Below are positions 1-9,244 of a stretch of DNA of 64,000 nt, one piece after another (the stretch's first letter is position 1; every line of letters begins with the position of its first letter). Source of the stretch: an uncultured Gammaproteobacteria bacterium (GTDB taxonomy: Bacteria > Patescibacteriota > Patescibacteriia > Patescibacteriales > UBA12465); the NCBI GenBank assembly GCA_964435515.1, contig CAYSZD010000005.1, positions 8,813-72,812 of the forward strand. Reading direction: 5' to 3'. A program made the position numbers and the translations under genes. The notes beneath the pieces are model-generated. The model had not been told where the DNA came from. It saw nothing but the letters and a program-made list of their open reading frames with translations, and did not search any database.

Positions 1-1255
1 TGAGGAGTTTTTTATTAAAAAGAGAAGCGGAGAGGTGCTTCCTTTTGATGCGAGTAAGATAAGCGACGCGGTCTATAAGGCAATGATGGCAGTAGGGCGG
101 GGTGAGAAAAAAGATGCTGAGAAGATTGCTCAGTTGGTGAGTGACAAAATAGATCGCTCTAAAGATTTGAGTGTGGAGCAGGTTCAAGATTTAGTGGAGA
201 TTGAACTGATGCATAGTAATTTTTCAGAAGTAGCGAAAGCCTATATCGTTTATCGCGAAAAGAGAGCAGCTATGCGCAAAAGAGATTTATTTAAAAAGAG
301 AACTAATTTAAAGCCCTATGAATATCCGGAGCTCTATGAGTATGTGAGTGCTATTAGGCATTCATACTGGATTCATACTGAGTTTAATTATGTTAGTGAT
401 GTTCAAGACTTTAAAACTAAAGTTAATGATGTTGAAAGACAGGCAATTCAAAATTCAATGTTAGCGATTGCTCAGATTGAAGTAGCAGTGAAAGCTTTTT
501 GGGGAGATATCTATAAAAAGATGCCTAAGCCAGAGCTAGCAGCCGTTGGTTTTACTTTTGCCGAGAGTGAAGTCAGGCATATGGATGCCTATTCTCATCT
601 TTTAGAAATTATGGACTTAAATGAAGAGTTTTCTAAAATTGAAGAAATTCCAGTATTAATTGAAAGAGTGAAGTATTTAGAAGGATCAATTAGCACTTCT
701 AAGAGTGAGGATAATAAAGAATATGTTTTGGCCATACTTTTGTTCTCATTGTTTATTGAACACGTGTCTTTGTTTTCTCAGTTTTTAGTGATTATGTCTT
801 TTAATAAACATCGTAATTTATTTAAAGGTATTTCTAATGCGGTTGAAGCCACTTCTAAAGAAGAACAAATTCATGGACTTTTTGGCATTGAACTAATTAA
901 TTTGATTAAAAGCGAACATCCAGAATGGTTTGATGATAGTTTTAAAGAAAAAATAATTAGTGCTTGTCAGCTAGCTTATTCTTCTGAGGCAAAAGTATTG
1001 GATTGGATTTTAGAGAAAGGAGAATTAGAGTTTTTGCCCAAACAAGTAATTTTAGAGTTTATTAAAAATCGGCTCAACAATTCTTTAGATAGTATTGGTT
1101 TGGCTAGAATATTTGAGGTTGATGAAAAGCTAGTTGAACAAACTGAATGGTTTGATGAAGAAATTGTGGGCACAAAACATGGAGATTTCTTTGTGAAGCG
1201 CTCCATTAATTATAATAAGCGTAGTCAGAGTATTACTGGTGATGATTTGTTCTAG
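1..1255 (+). CDS. nrdB: Ribonucleotide reductase class I beta (R2) subunit with N-terminal ATP-cone; 5' end runs off the window (frame open to position 2)
   Basis: The N-terminus (FIKKRSGEVLPFDASKISDAV...) resembles an ATP-cone. ESEVRH (ExxH, with Tyr at H+4 in RHMDAY) and EEQIH are di-iron ligand motifs of a ferritin-like R2. No stop lies upstream of the GTG at 35. Confidence 0.75.
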   Translation, partial: EEFFIKKRSGEVLPFDASKISDAVYKAMMAVGRGEKKDAEKIAQLVSDKIDRSKDLSVEQVQDLVEIELMHSNFSEVAKAYIVYREKRAAMRKRDLFKKRTNLKPYEYPELYEYVSAIRHSYWIHTEFNYVSDVQDFKTKVNDVERQAIQNSMLAIAQIEVAVKAFWGDIYKKMPKPELAAVGFTFAESEVRHMDAYSHLLEIMDLNEEFSKIEEIPVLIERVKYLEGSISTSKSEDNKEYVLAILLFSLFIEHVSLFSQFLVIMSFNKHRNLFKGISNAVEATSKEEQIHGLFGIELINLIKSEHPEWFDDSFKEKIISACQLAYSSEAKVLDWILEKGELEFLPKQVILEFIKNRLNNSLDSIGLARIFEVDEKLVEQTEWFDEEIVGTKHGDFFVKRSINYNKRSQSITGDDLF

Positions 1256-1302
1256 TAATATTATATTTGTTATTATTTTGTTATTAATTTTTTAAATAAT
1301 TT

Positions 1303-2982
1303 ATGTATTGGTTAAATGATAATTCTCGCTCTTTTTTAGCGAAAGGTTACTTGGCTGCTGGTATAAGTGCCGAGGATAGAATAAAAGAAATTGCTCAAAC
1401 AGCGGAAAGGATATTAGCTAAACCTGGTTTTGCTGATAAGTTCTATGAATATATGTCTCGGGGCTATTATTCACTAGCATCTCCTGTGTGGTCTAATTTT
1501 GGTATCTCTAAAGGCCTACCCATTAGTTGTTTTTCTTCTTATTTGGGTGATGATATGGGGCAAATTTTATTTACTCAAGGAGAAGTAGGAATGATGAGTA
1601 AGTATGGGGGTGGCACAGCTGGGTATTTTGGTGACTTACGAGCTAGAGGGGCAATGATTAAAGATAATGGCACATCTTCAGGGGCAGTTCATTTTATGCA
1701 ACTTTTTGAAACTTTAGTTAATGTTGTTAGTCAGGGCTCGGTGAGACGTGGTCATTTTGCTCCCTATCTACCGCTAGAGCATCCTGATGCTGATGAATTT
1801 CTAAATATTGGAACCGAAGGCAATCCTATTCAAGAGATGACCTATGGTGTGACCGTGACTGATGATTTTATGAAAGAGATGGAGGCTGGTGACGCTAAAA
1901 AAAGAGCTTTGTGGGCCAAAGTATTACAGCGTCGTAGTCAAATGGGTTATCCTTATATCTTCTTTACGGACACAGTGAATAATAATACGGTTGATGTTTA
2001 TAAAGATAAGAATTTGAAAATTAAGGCTAGCAATCTTTGTTCGGAAATATTATTACCCTCTAATGATAAGTGGTCCTTTGTTTGCGATCTGTCTTCTTTA
2101 AATCTTTTTCATTATGATGAATGGAAAGATACAGACGCAGTTGAGACTCTGGTATATTTTCTAGATGCAGTGATGTCTGATTTTATTAGTCGCTTAGAAA
2201 CAATGAGAGATAGTGATGATAAAAACAAGCAAGAAGCTTTTCATTTTATGGAAAGAGCCTATAACTTCGCTGTGGCTAATCGAGCCCTTGGTTTAGGGGT
2301 TCTAGGTTGGCACTCTTTGCTACAGAGTAAGATGATGCCTTTTGATAGCAAGGAAAGCGCTAGACTTAACACTCAAATATTTAAAGATATTCAAGAGCAA
2401 GCCTATGCTGCTTCTAAAAAAATGGCTGGTGAATATGGTGAGCCAGAAATTATGAAAGGCTATGGTCGTCGCAATGCAACGCTTATGGCTGTTGCTCCAA
2501 CCACCTCCTCTGCTTTTATCCTGGGTCAAGTCTCTCAAAGCATTGAACCAATTTGGTCTAACTGTTATGTGAAAGATATTGATAAGATGAAGGTGACTAT
2601 TAAAAATAAACAATTAGAGAAACTATTAATAGAGAAGGGTAAAAATGATAAGGAAGTTTGGTATAGTATTAGAGATAATGATGGTTCAGTTCAGCATTTA
2701 GAGTTTTTATCTCAGTCAGAAAAAGAAGTATTTAAAACTTTTCAAGAAATTGCTCAAAAAGCCATTATTGAACAAGCAGCTGCTCGTCAACAATATATTG
2801 ATCAAGGTCAGTCACTAAACTTAGCTATTAATCCATCTGTGCCGGCTAAAGAGATAAATGCTCTTTATATGTATGCTTGGAAGCTGGGTATCAAGACTCT
2901 GTATTATCAACATAGTATCAATGCTGCTCAAGAATTTGGTCGCTTGAAAGATTTGCAGAACTGTCAGTCTTGTCAGTCATAG
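1303..2982 (+). CDS. nrdA: Ribonucleotide reductase class I alpha subunit, short form without ATP-cone
   Basis: Catalytic NLCSEI motif and C-terminal redox Cys pair (QNCQSCQS). 559 aa, and it directly follows the R2 gene. Confidence 0.8.
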   Translation: MYWLNDNSRSFLAKGYLAAGISAEDRIKEIAQTAERILAKPGFADKFYEYMSRGYYSLASPVWSNFGISKGLPISCFSSYLGDDMGQILFTQGEVGMMSKYGGGTAGYFGDLRARGAMIKDNGTSSGAVHFMQLFETLVNVVSQGSVRRGHFAPYLPLEHPDADEFLNIGTEGNPIQEMTYGVTVTDDFMKEMEAGDAKKRALWAKVLQRRSQMGYPYIFFTDTVNNNTVDVYKDKNLKIKASNLCSEILLPSNDKWSFVCDLSSLNLFHYDEWKDTDAVETLVYFLDAVMSDFISRLETMRDSDDKNKQEAFHFMERAYNFAVANRALGLGVLGWHSLLQSKMMPFDSKESARLNTQIFKDIQEQAYAASKKMAGEYGEPEIMKGYGRRNATLMAVAPTTSSAFILGQVSQSIEPIWSNCYVKDIDKMKVTIKNKQLEKLLIEKGKNDKEVWYSIRDNDGSVQHLEFLSQSEKEVFKTFQEIAQKAIIEQAAARQQYIDQGQSLNLAINPSVPAKEINALYMYAWKLGIKTLYYQHSINAAQEFGRLKDLQNCQSCQS

Positions 2983-2988
2983 ATACAT

Positions 2989-3019
2989 TACTCACTCTTT
3001 AAACAAGAGTGAGTTTTTG
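2989..3019 (+). terminator. Rho-independent terminator after nrdA
   Basis: Hairpin ctcactct / agagtgag with loop ttaaaca (2991-3013) followed by ttttt. Confidence 0.5.
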
Positions 3020-3093
3020 AATAAAGACATAATATAGATAATAAGTCAATATTTATTTAATCTCTAAAGCATACTATACTGGAATTAACGCTT

Positions 3094-5871
3094 TTGGCGT
3101 ATTTTAGTATTGATTATAATGATAATATTATGAATATTTTAGACAAATTGATGGGAGATCCTAATGAGAAAATTCTTAAAGAAATTAGACAGACAGTGGC
3201 AGCAATTAATTCTTTAGAGCCACAGATGCAAGCCTTAGAATTAGCTCAAATTAAAGAAAAAACAATCGAATTTAAAGCTCGACTTAATGAAGGCATAAGT
3301 TTAGATGATATTCTACCTGAAGCCTTCGCTTTAATGAGAGAGGCGGCGCAGAGAGTTTTAGGACAAAGACACTATGATGTTCAATTAATTGGTGGCATTG
3401 TTTTACATCGAGGACAAATTGCTGAAATGAAAACTGGTGAAGGTAAAACCTTAGTGGCTACCTTGCCTTTATATTTAAATGCTTTAAGTGGCAAAGGCGT
3501 TCATTTAATTACGGTGAATGATTATTTGGCTAGAGTTGGTGCTGGTTGGATGGCTCCTATTTTTCATCTTTTAGGTTTAAGCACTAGCGTAATTGTTCAT
3601 GACGCTGCTTTTCAGTATGATCCAGATTATAGTGATGAAAATCAATACGATGAAAGATTAAGACATTTTCGTCCCATCTCTCGTCGTGAAGCCTATTACT
3701 GTGATGTAACATATGGCACTAATAATGAATTTGGTTTTGATTATTTGCGCGATAATATGGCTTATAGTTTAGCGCAAACAGTGCAACGTGATTTACACTA
3801 TGCCATTGTTGATGAAATTGACTCTATTTTAATTGATGAAGCTCGTACCCCTCTTATTATCAGTGCCCCAGCTGAAGAATCTACTGATAAATATGTGAAA
3901 TTTTCTCAATTAGTTAATCGTTTAAATGAAAATGAAGACTATAATATTGATGAAAAGATGAGAGCGGCTACTTTGACAGAAGCAGGGATTAATAAAATTG
4001 AAGAATGGTTGGGAGTTGGTAATATTTATGTTTCTGGTGGAGTAAAAGATGTTCATCATTTAGAACAAGCTTTAAAGGCTAGAGTTTTGTTTAAGCGCGA
4101 TAAAGATTATGTTGTTAAAGATGATGAGATTATTATCGTTGATGAATTTACCGGACGCATGATGCCTGGTCGTCGTTACAGCGAAGGACTCCATCAGGCT
4201 ATAGAAGCTAAGGAAGGAGTGAAAGTGCAAAAAGAATCACAAACAATGGCTACTATTACGTTTCAGAATCTCTTTAGAATGTATGACAAATTATCTGGTA
4301 TGACCGGAACAGCTCTGACTGAAGCTGAGGAGTTCTTTAAGATATATAAATTAGAAACCGTTGTTATTCCTACCAATAAGCCTAATATAAGAAAAGATTT
4401 AAATGATTTAATTTATCGCACCGAAGAAGATAAATACAATGCAGTGATAAGGGATATTAAAGAGAGAAATGCTTTAGGGCAACCAATTCTAGTTGGTACT
4501 ATTTCTATTGAAAAGAACGAACTCTTGGTAAATATGATGGAGCGTGAGGGACTAAGACCACAGATGTTAAATGCTAAGAATCATCAAAAGGAAGCAGAAA
4601 TTATTTCTCAAGCTGGTCGGGCTGGATCTATTACTTTAGCTACTAACATGGCTGGACGTGGTGTTGATATTATTTTAGGTGGTAATCCTGATTCAGATAA
4701 TGAAGAAGCAATGAAAGAGGCCAAAGAAGAACAAGCTAAAGTAAGAGCTTTGGGAGGACTTCATGTAATTGGTACTGAGCGTCACGAGTCTAGGCGTATT
4801 GATAATCAGCTTCGTGGTCGTGCTGGTCGTCAGGGCGATCCAGGTTCATCACAATTCTATGTCTCTACTGATGATGATTTAATGCGTATTTTTGGTGGTG
4901 ATAGAATGAAAACAATGATGAATACTCTAAAGCTACCAGCTGATGTGCCAATTCAGAATAAAATGATTTCTAAGTCTTTAGAGTCAGCTCAGAAGAAGGT
5001 GGAGGGCAATAATTTTGACATGAGAAAACACTTAGTTGAATATGATGACGTAATTAATAAACATAGAGAATCTATCTATCGCAAACGTCGAGAAATATTG
5101 GAAGCGTCTGAGGCAGAGAATAAGGAAGGGGAGTTAAGCGCTTTAGAGCAGTTAAATCTCTTAATCAAGAAGCAGACAGAAGAAGAAATTGAAAAAGTGG
5201 TGAATTTTCATACTAGCGCCGAAAAGACTAGTGAATGGAATTTAAAAGAAATTGCAGAAACAATTAATTCAATGATTAGCTTATCTAATCAAGAAGAAGA
5301 ATTAAAGAAACTCTTAGTTAGCAGTCTAAGTGATAGTCGTGAGGCTATTATCAAATATCTTCAAACAAAAGCAGAGGAAATATATCAGTCTCTTGTTAGT
5401 CGTTTTGTAAGCCTGGGGGTAGATTTTGTTGAAGTGGCCAAAGGAATGTTGCTTAGATCAATCGACCAGATGTGGGTGGACCATTTAGAGACTATGGATT
5501 ATATGCGTCGAGGCATTGGTTTGCGTGGCTATGGTCAACGCGATCCATTGGTTGAGTATAAAAAAGAAGCCTATCGCATGTATCATGAACTTTTAGATTT
5601 AGTGCGTCAACAATTAGTATATTCTATCTATCGTGTTGGTGATGCTTTAAATATGGCGCCATCAGCTTTAATGAATTTAGCCAAGAGTGAGCAACCTAAG
5701 AATCTAAAACTTGAAGGAGCACCTAAGGAAATGGAAAAACTAAGTTCTAAAAGAGATAATTTTGATTTAGTTAGAGAAAGAATTAAAGATGAGTCGGGAA
5801 AAACAGTAGGTAGAAATGATCCTTGTCCTTGTGGGAGCGGTAAGAAGTTTAAGAAGTGTTGTGGTAAATAA
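3094..5871 (+). CDS. secA: Preprotein translocase ATPase SecA
   Basis: 925 aa; DEAD-like motor motifs (MKTGEGKT, DEVDSILIDEARTPLIIS) and a C-terminal Zn finger (CPCGSGKKFKKCCG). Confidence 0.95.
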   Translation: MAYFSIDYNDNIMNILDKLMGDPNEKILKEIRQTVAAINSLEPQMQALELAQIKEKTIEFKARLNEGISLDDILPEAFALMREAAQRVLGQRHYDVQLIGGIVLHRGQIAEMKTGEGKTLVATLPLYLNALSGKGVHLITVNDYLARVGAGWMAPIFHLLGLSTSVIVHDAAFQYDPDYSDENQYDERLRHFRPISRREAYYCDVTYGTNNEFGFDYLRDNMAYSLAQTVQRDLHYAIVDEIDSILIDEARTPLIISAPAEESTDKYVKFSQLVNRLNENEDYNIDEKMRAATLTEAGINKIEEWLGVGNIYVSGGVKDVHHLEQALKARVLFKRDKDYVVKDDEIIIVDEFTGRMMPGRRYSEGLHQAIEAKEGVKVQKESQTMATITFQNLFRMYDKLSGMTGTALTEAEEFFKIYKLETVVIPTNKPNIRKDLNDLIYRTEEDKYNAVIRDIKERNALGQPILVGTISIEKNELLVNMMEREGLRPQMLNAKNHQKEAEIISQAGRAGSITLATNMAGRGVDIILGGNPDSDNEEAMKEAKEEQAKVRALGGLHVIGTERHESRRIDNQLRGRAGRQGDPGSSQFYVSTDDDLMRIFGGDRMKTMMNTLKLPADVPIQNKMISKSLESAQKKVEGNNFDMRKHLVEYDDVINKHRESIYRKRREILEASEAENKEGELSALEQLNLLIKKQTEEEIEKVVNFHTSAEKTSEWNLKEIAETINSMISLSNQEEELKKLLVSSLSDSREAIIKYLQTKAEEIYQSLVSRFVSLGVDFVEVAKGMLLRSIDQMWVDHLETMDYMRRGIGLRGYGQRDPLVEYKKEAYRMYHELLDLVRQQLVYSIYRVGDALNMAPSALMNLAKSEQPKNLKLEGAPKEMEKLSSKRDNFDLVRERIKDESGKTVGRNDPCPCGSGKKFKKCCGK

Positions 5872-5874
5872 TTT

Positions 5875-6513
5875 ATGAAGATAATATTAGCTTCAAAGGA
5901 AAAATTTTTATTAACTAAAGGCTATGACTTGCTTGGTATTGATAGAAAAGATTTAAAAATAGGAATTATTGATACGGCTTTTAAAGTTGTTGAGGATCAA
6001 GAGTATATTAGCTATATAGACGAATATTATGAATTGATGAAAGTTTCTGGAATCAATTTTAAGTACTTTGATATTAAAGATAAGAGAGAGGAAGATATAA
6101 TTAATTTTTTTACTGATCGTAATGTTATTCAGATTGTCGGTGGCAATGCTTTTTATTTATTAAAAACTATAAGAGAAGTAAAATTTGATTTAATTCTAAA
6201 AAAACTTTTTGAACAGGGATTAAATTATATTGGCTGTAGCTCTGGTTCATATATCATGTGCCCAACAATTGAAGTTGCTTCTTGGAAGGCTAATCGCGAT
6301 AGATATGCTTTGACCGATTTTTCCGCCTTAAATTACTGCCCCTTTTTAATAAAATGTCACTTCAGTGATGATAAGAAAGAGGAAATGATAAAAAGAGCCA
6401 AGACTTTACAGTATCCTTTAAAGCCTTTAAAAGATGATCAATGTTTTTTATTGGAAAATGGTAAAATAAGTTTTATTGGTGATAGTGAAGAAATTATTTT
6501 ATCAAAATTTTAA
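5875..6513 (+). CDS. Peptidase E-like (S51 family) dipeptidase
   Basis: IIQIVGGNAFYLLKTIRE...YIGCSSGSYIMCPTIE aligns with the E. coli PepE nucleophile region (IIIVGGGNTFQLL...YIGWSAGANLACPTI). Confidence 0.6.
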   Translation: MKIILASKEKFLLTKGYDLLGIDRKDLKIGIIDTAFKVVEDQEYISYIDEYYELMKVSGINFKYFDIKDKREEDIINFFTDRNVIQIVGGNAFYLLKTIREVKFDLILKKLFEQGLNYIGCSSGSYIMCPTIEVASWKANRDRYALTDFSALNYCPFLIKCHFSDDKKEEMIKRAKTLQYPLKPLKDDQCFLLENGKISFIGDSEEIILSKF

Positions 6514-6571
6514 CTTTTCTTCATGATGTTTTTGTTATAATGATTAGTATAATTTATTAATCATTAAAACT

Positions 6572-7399
6572 ATGAAAAAAAACCACGACAATACAATTAG
6601 CTTGTTTCAAGGTAAAGCCATTAGAAAGACGATCCATCAAAAAGAATGGTGGTTTTCAATCGTTGATATTTGTCAAGTTTTAAGCGAAAGTCCAACTCCT
6701 CGTCAATATTGGGAAAAAGTGAAAACAAGAGAATTTCCTGAATTTCAACTGTCCCCAAATTGGGGACAGTTGAAAATGATAGCTGAGGATGGAAAAATGA
6801 GAGAAACAGATTGCGCTAATACTGAAGGAATATTACGCATTATTCAATCGATACCATCACCGAAGGCCGAACCTTTTAAAAGATGGTTGGCTAGAGTTGG
6901 TTATGAAAGAATTCAAGAAATTGATGATCCAGAATTAGCAACTAAGAGGACTAGATTATTGTATAAATTAAAAGATTATCCAGAAGATTGGATTGAAAAA
7001 AGGATGAGAAGTATTGCGATTAGAGAGGATTTAACTGATGAATGGCAAAAACGAGGAGCGCAGAAAGATAAAGACTATGAAATACTGACAGCGGAAATAT
7101 CGCAAGCGGCCTTTGGTTTAAAACCCGGAGAGTATAAGAAGGTGAAAAAATTAAAAGCTGAAAATTTACGAGATCACATGGATGATTTTGAGTTAATTCT
7201 AACCATGCTTAGTGAAAGAACAACAGCCGAAATTCATCGTAGCGATGATTCTAAAGGCATGATAAAATTAAAAAATGATGCTAGAGTCGGTGGTTCTATT
7301 GCTGGTTCTGCTAGAAAACAAATAGAAAGAAAGATCGGTCGTTCAATTGTGTCTGATAGTAATTTTTTGAATAATAATAAGAAAAAGTTAATAAAATAA
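6572..7399 (+). CDS. BRO-N domain / DNA-damage-inducible protein D (DinD)-like protein
   Basis: The N-terminus (ISLFQGKAIRKTIHQKEWWFSIVDICQVL) is Bro-N-like. The C-terminal half (LRDHMDDFELILTMLSERTTAEI...VGGSIAGSARKQIERK) patterns like the DinD C-terminal region. Confidence 0.55.
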   Translation: MKKNHDNTISLFQGKAIRKTIHQKEWWFSIVDICQVLSESPTPRQYWEKVKTREFPEFQLSPNWGQLKMIAEDGKMRETDCANTEGILRIIQSIPSPKAEPFKRWLARVGYERIQEIDDPELATKRTRLLYKLKDYPEDWIEKRMRSIAIREDLTDEWQKRGAQKDKDYEILTAEISQAAFGLKPGEYKKVKKLKAENLRDHMDDFELILTMLSERTTAEIHRSDDSKGMIKLKNDARVGGSIAGSARKQIERKIGRSIVSDSNFLNNNKKKLIK

Positions 7400-7402
7400 A
7401 AT

Positions 7403-8485
7403 ATGTCACTAGAATCTTTATCACTCAATAAAAGCAAGGAAGAGAAACTACTTTTCTTACAAGAAAAGTTAGGTCTTTGTGGTTTAAGTGAAAAGGTTTT
7501 GGCGGACTATAAAGATCTAATCTCTAAAGTAGATTTTAAAAATATTGATTTAAGTTCTGAAGCAGGCACAATTCACGTGGATATGTTATCAGCTTTGTTG
7601 ACCGAACAAAAAAATGGAGAAATATTTTTTCAAAATATTTTAGATGTTATTAATAAAGATTTAGAATCAGTTGATAATGTGATGATTATATCTGCTAAGG
7701 AGATTAAGGCTGAAAGTATTGATTTAGACATAGGTACCAATCGTCGCGTTGATAGATTTAACTGTTCTTTTGCTGGTGGCGATAGTTATGAATTTACCTT
7801 ATCAGCTGATTTAGAAAATTATCCAGATGATGCTGATAGTAATTCTTTTATAGAAAAAGAAGTTTTTGCTGATTCAATAGGGAAAGATAATCAATGGCTG
7901 CAAAAATATTTTGCTTACATTAAAAAAGATAGCAGAAAAGGACAACAACGCTTCATTGCAAAAGAATATTTACCAGGAAAAAATATCGCTCAATATTTTA
8001 ATGAAATGGATAAGAAGCGGGAAAATATTTCTGAGTTTATTAACGTAGCCTGTGAGACGGCTTTTGCTATGGGTGGTTTATATAAAAAAATGAATGGTCA
8101 GTTATTAGGTGATTTAAAGTTAGAGAACCTTATCTATAATTATGAAAATCCAGATAGTGCTAGTCCGGCTTGTCGTATTTGTGATCATTCTGGCTATCAT
8201 GATAATGAGGCAGATAAGCGCAGCGCTTTGCAGATATTGGCTCACATAAATAGTTTTATGACCATTTATTATTCTAAGGCGACTAAAAGCGATTCTGAAG
8301 AATTACGCGATGAAGCTGTCTCTATAGTTGATGCATATTTAGATTCTTTTATCGGAGAGATAGGAGAAGATTTGAGAGATAAATTTTTAGAGAATGTAAG
8401 TGAATTAAGAAAAATACCTATAGATAAGCGACAATGGGAATTATCTGATGATATTATTGATTATGTTTTAAATTATGATTTTTAA
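7403..8485 (+). CDS. Hypothetical protein with protein-kinase-fold-like motifs (LGDLKLENLIY catalytic-loop-like, ICDHSG DFG-like)
   Basis: 360-aa ORF; motif order is compatible with an atypical kinase fold. No confident family assignment. Confidence 0.5.
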   Translation: MSLESLSLNKSKEEKLLFLQEKLGLCGLSEKVLADYKDLISKVDFKNIDLSSEAGTIHVDMLSALLTEQKNGEIFFQNILDVINKDLESVDNVMIISAKEIKAESIDLDIGTNRRVDRFNCSFAGGDSYEFTLSADLENYPDDADSNSFIEKEVFADSIGKDNQWLQKYFAYIKKDSRKGQQRFIAKEYLPGKNIAQYFNEMDKKRENISEFINVACETAFAMGGLYKKMNGQLLGDLKLENLIYNYENPDSASPACRICDHSGYHDNEADKRSALQILAHINSFMTIYYSKATKSDSEELRDEAVSIVDAYLDSFIGEIGEDLRDKFLENVSELRKIPIDKRQWELSDDIIDYVLNYDF

Positions 8486-8497
8486 TATTTTATATTT

Positions 8498-9232
8498 ATG
8501 TCCGAAAAACAACTTAATTTTATAAATATTTTTGATGAAGCGGATAAAGAATATCAAGTAGAGTTAGCAGCGAAAAAGAAAAAAGAAGAAGAGGATAAAG
8601 TTGATTTAGTGTCACCAGAGCTCAGAAAATATTGGCAAGCTATTGAAAAGGATAAAAAACTAATTGCACAAAGACAGGCGATTATTAGGTCTGACGATGA
8701 AGTGCCTTTGACGGAATTTTCCCCTTTTATGTTAGAGATTAATTGGTATATTAAAAGAATGGCTGCTTTTTATGAGGCTAGAGATAAGGCGGAAAAGGGA
8801 GAGGCGTGGAAGAGAGCCTATCGCTTAGTTGTTGATCCTCAGGTGGCTGATACAAAATATATTGATACAGCTTATTTGTATTTAAAATATAAAGCAGCTT
8901 ATGACAAAGAAGAGATACGTCGCAGCAAAGAAGCGTATCAACTAAAATTAGCAGAAGACAAGAAAATAGCAGCTGAACTTAAGAAAGCTGAGAAAGCAAA
9001 AAAAGCTAAAGAGTATCGGCAGAGAAAAAAAGATGATAAAAAGAGTCAAGAAGCAGCAGAGGCTAAAGCTAAGGCAGATTCTGAAGCAGCTATTCGCTAT
9101 AAAGCAACTGGAGCTAATAGGGCTACTGGCGAATATTTAGAAGATAAAAATGATGAACTGAGACTTGATCCTCGCCAATTTGATAATAATAGAGATAAAG
9201 ATAATGAGATTAAAGATGATGATAAAGATTAA
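8498..9232 (+). CDS. Hypothetical highly charged (K/E/D-rich) coiled-coil protein
   Basis: 244-aa ORF, low complexity (KKAEKAKKAKEYRQRKKDDKK...), tightly packed after the preceding gene. Confidence 0.45.
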   Translation: MSEKQLNFINIFDEADKEYQVELAAKKKKEEEDKVDLVSPELRKYWQAIEKDKKLIAQRQAIIRSDDEVPLTEFSPFMLEINWYIKRMAAFYEARDKAEKGEAWKRAYRLVVDPQVADTKYIDTAYLYLKYKAAYDKEEIRRSKEAYQLKLAEDKKIAAELKKAEKAKKAKEYRQRKKDDKKSQEAAEAKAKADSEAAIRYKATGANRATGEYLEDKNDELRLDPRQFDNNRDKDNEIKDDDKD

Positions 9233-9244
9233 ATTATTTAAAAT

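Noticed and set aside
6572-9232. Prophage or integrative element carrying the BRO-N gene
   Set aside because: No integrase, recombinase, capsid, terminase or flanking direct repeats are visible. Only three genes are present, and no tRNA lies nearby.
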